Positions 62,466-64,000 of a stretch of 64,000 nucleotides of DNA are shown here, one piece after another. Made by a program: the position numbers and the translations under genes. Under the pieces are notes generated by a model. The model was not told the DNA's origin. It saw nothing but the letters and a program-made list of their open reading frames with translations, and searched no databases. This DNA comes from Ginglymostoma cirratum (Eukaryota). The stretch's first letter is position 1. Every line of letters starts with the position of its first letter. The stretch lies in the NCBI GenBank assembly GCA_024137785.1, contig JAHRHZ010000270.1, forward strand, positions 4,404,168 through 4,468,167. The letters are read 5' to 3'.

Positions 62466-64000
62466 AAATGTTTGTTTGTTTAAAAGATGTGATAAAAACA
62501 TGGACAGTAAGGTATCTCCAGAGATCCTGAATCAGATAGAATGATAATTAACGGGATGAGCAAATTAGAATAAAAGAATAGTGGCAGGAAAGAAGTAGCA
62601 CAGCCTCAAACTGAAATGGGAGTGACTCATTTTCGGTGTAGTTAAATGGAATATGTCAAGTGAAAGGGGAGTGTAGATAAAATTAAATAATTCACAGCTT
62701 CCTCTTGGAGATATGCGTACCCTTGCCCGTGAGATTTTGTTAACATAACCGATTTTGATGATTTGGCTACCCCCCAGAACATTGGGACCAGGTGGGGAGG
62801 ACAAACATGACTCTCCTCGTACCCCCCACAATTTCTGATCTTATGAAAAAAATCGCCTGAAAGTCAAGAATGAGTGGCGTGATCATGGGATGTCGGTGTA
62901 ATTATGCAAATGTGATTGTTACATCTGAAGAAACAAATCCAACTGAGATTTAATGGATTTGTTTAAAATTGTTGATCTCACATAACTGATTTTCTTTCTG
63001 CCCTTTCAGGAATGAATCATGTATTATTTTAGCGAAGTCCAAGTTGTGTGAAATTAATTGGAAAGTTTTCTATTGCTTGGCCCTGCAGGCTCTCTTGCTT
63101 CACCCTAACCAGGTCTACCTCCATCTGACTCTAGAGCCACAGTCATGTGGTTGCTCCCACTGGGTAATTAGGGATAGGAAATAATTGCTGGCCTAGCAGT
63201 GATGCCCATATCCCCTGAATGAACAAAACAAAGGTTAAAACGCACGCCAGAATGATGCCGAAGTACTTTGGCATGAGGTCATGGGTGAGTAACTAGTCAC
63301 AGACTGAACATGATGTGCTTCCCTAGACTTTCAGTTAGAAGGCTGAATGACAATCATCATTAAAGTAAGTTTGTGAACTAAGTTTCCGAACTAAGTTTCC
63401 AGGGAGCATAGACCTTCAGTGAAAGTCTTTTCAATGTCCTGAAGTTAAACATTGCTAACAAGAGACAAGAAGTTGAAGATTTTGGTTGTGTACTCATCAG
63501 CGTTCTGAAGAAGGGTCACTGGACCCAAAACATTAACTCCGCTTTCTCTCCACAGATGCTGCCAGACCTGCTGAGTTTCTCCAGCAATTTCTGGTTTGTT
63601 TCAGTTAACTGTGAATTTTTATTCCCAACCTAGTCAGGTAGAATCTGATTGGTCGGGGGTTGCTATGTGGATGCAGAGGAGAGTGGTTGTCTACAGGATC
63701 CCTTCCTTTTCTATAAAAAAGGTGCAATTAATGTACAATTAATTTATCTCCATAAAACAGAGGCCTCTGTATCTATATATGTGTCTTCTAGCTTACATGA
63801 ATAAACCACACTGCAAATCTAACTGATGACCTCAAACGCCTGAAGTTCTTTAGCCTAGAAAGTTGAGGCCTCGCCATCAGCGTTTGTGAAGAACATAATT
63901 TTGTGGGAAGATGGTCACTGGTAAATATGTTAAAGCAAACAGTGTGATGACTAATCCCTTTGGGCCCCTTTAATTATCCTTATCCTGGTATCTACCTAAC

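Overview
Vertebrate genomic DNA, most likely a shark (inferred from HE1-like SINEs, CR1/HER1-like LINEs and abundant Penelope-derived repeats). Positions 734-34678 (+) hold one complete 43-exon LDL-receptor-family gene that I spliced by hand into a 6489-nt ORF (2162 aa plus stop). Its exon structure is VLDLR-type, but the ectodomain is internally triplicated: signal peptide; 8 LA + 2 EGF + YWTD propeller + EGF; 6 LA + the same cassette; 7 LA + the same cassette; then an O-linked stalk, TM and a short tail ending [15 protein letters not shown]. An AATAAA overlaps the stop codon. From memory, unverified here, chondrichthyan-specific VLDLR paralogues (VLDLRc2/c3) have been reported, so the gene itself may be known. 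The transcribed domain (about 1.2-39.5 kb) looks CpG-poor and rich in CTAG and perfect short palindromes. The rest (40-64 kb) is intergenic and repeat-rich: LINEs, SINEs, Penelope fragments with hammerhead-like motifs, and a 100-N gap. No second protein-coding gene is recognisable. Repeat boundaries are approximate.
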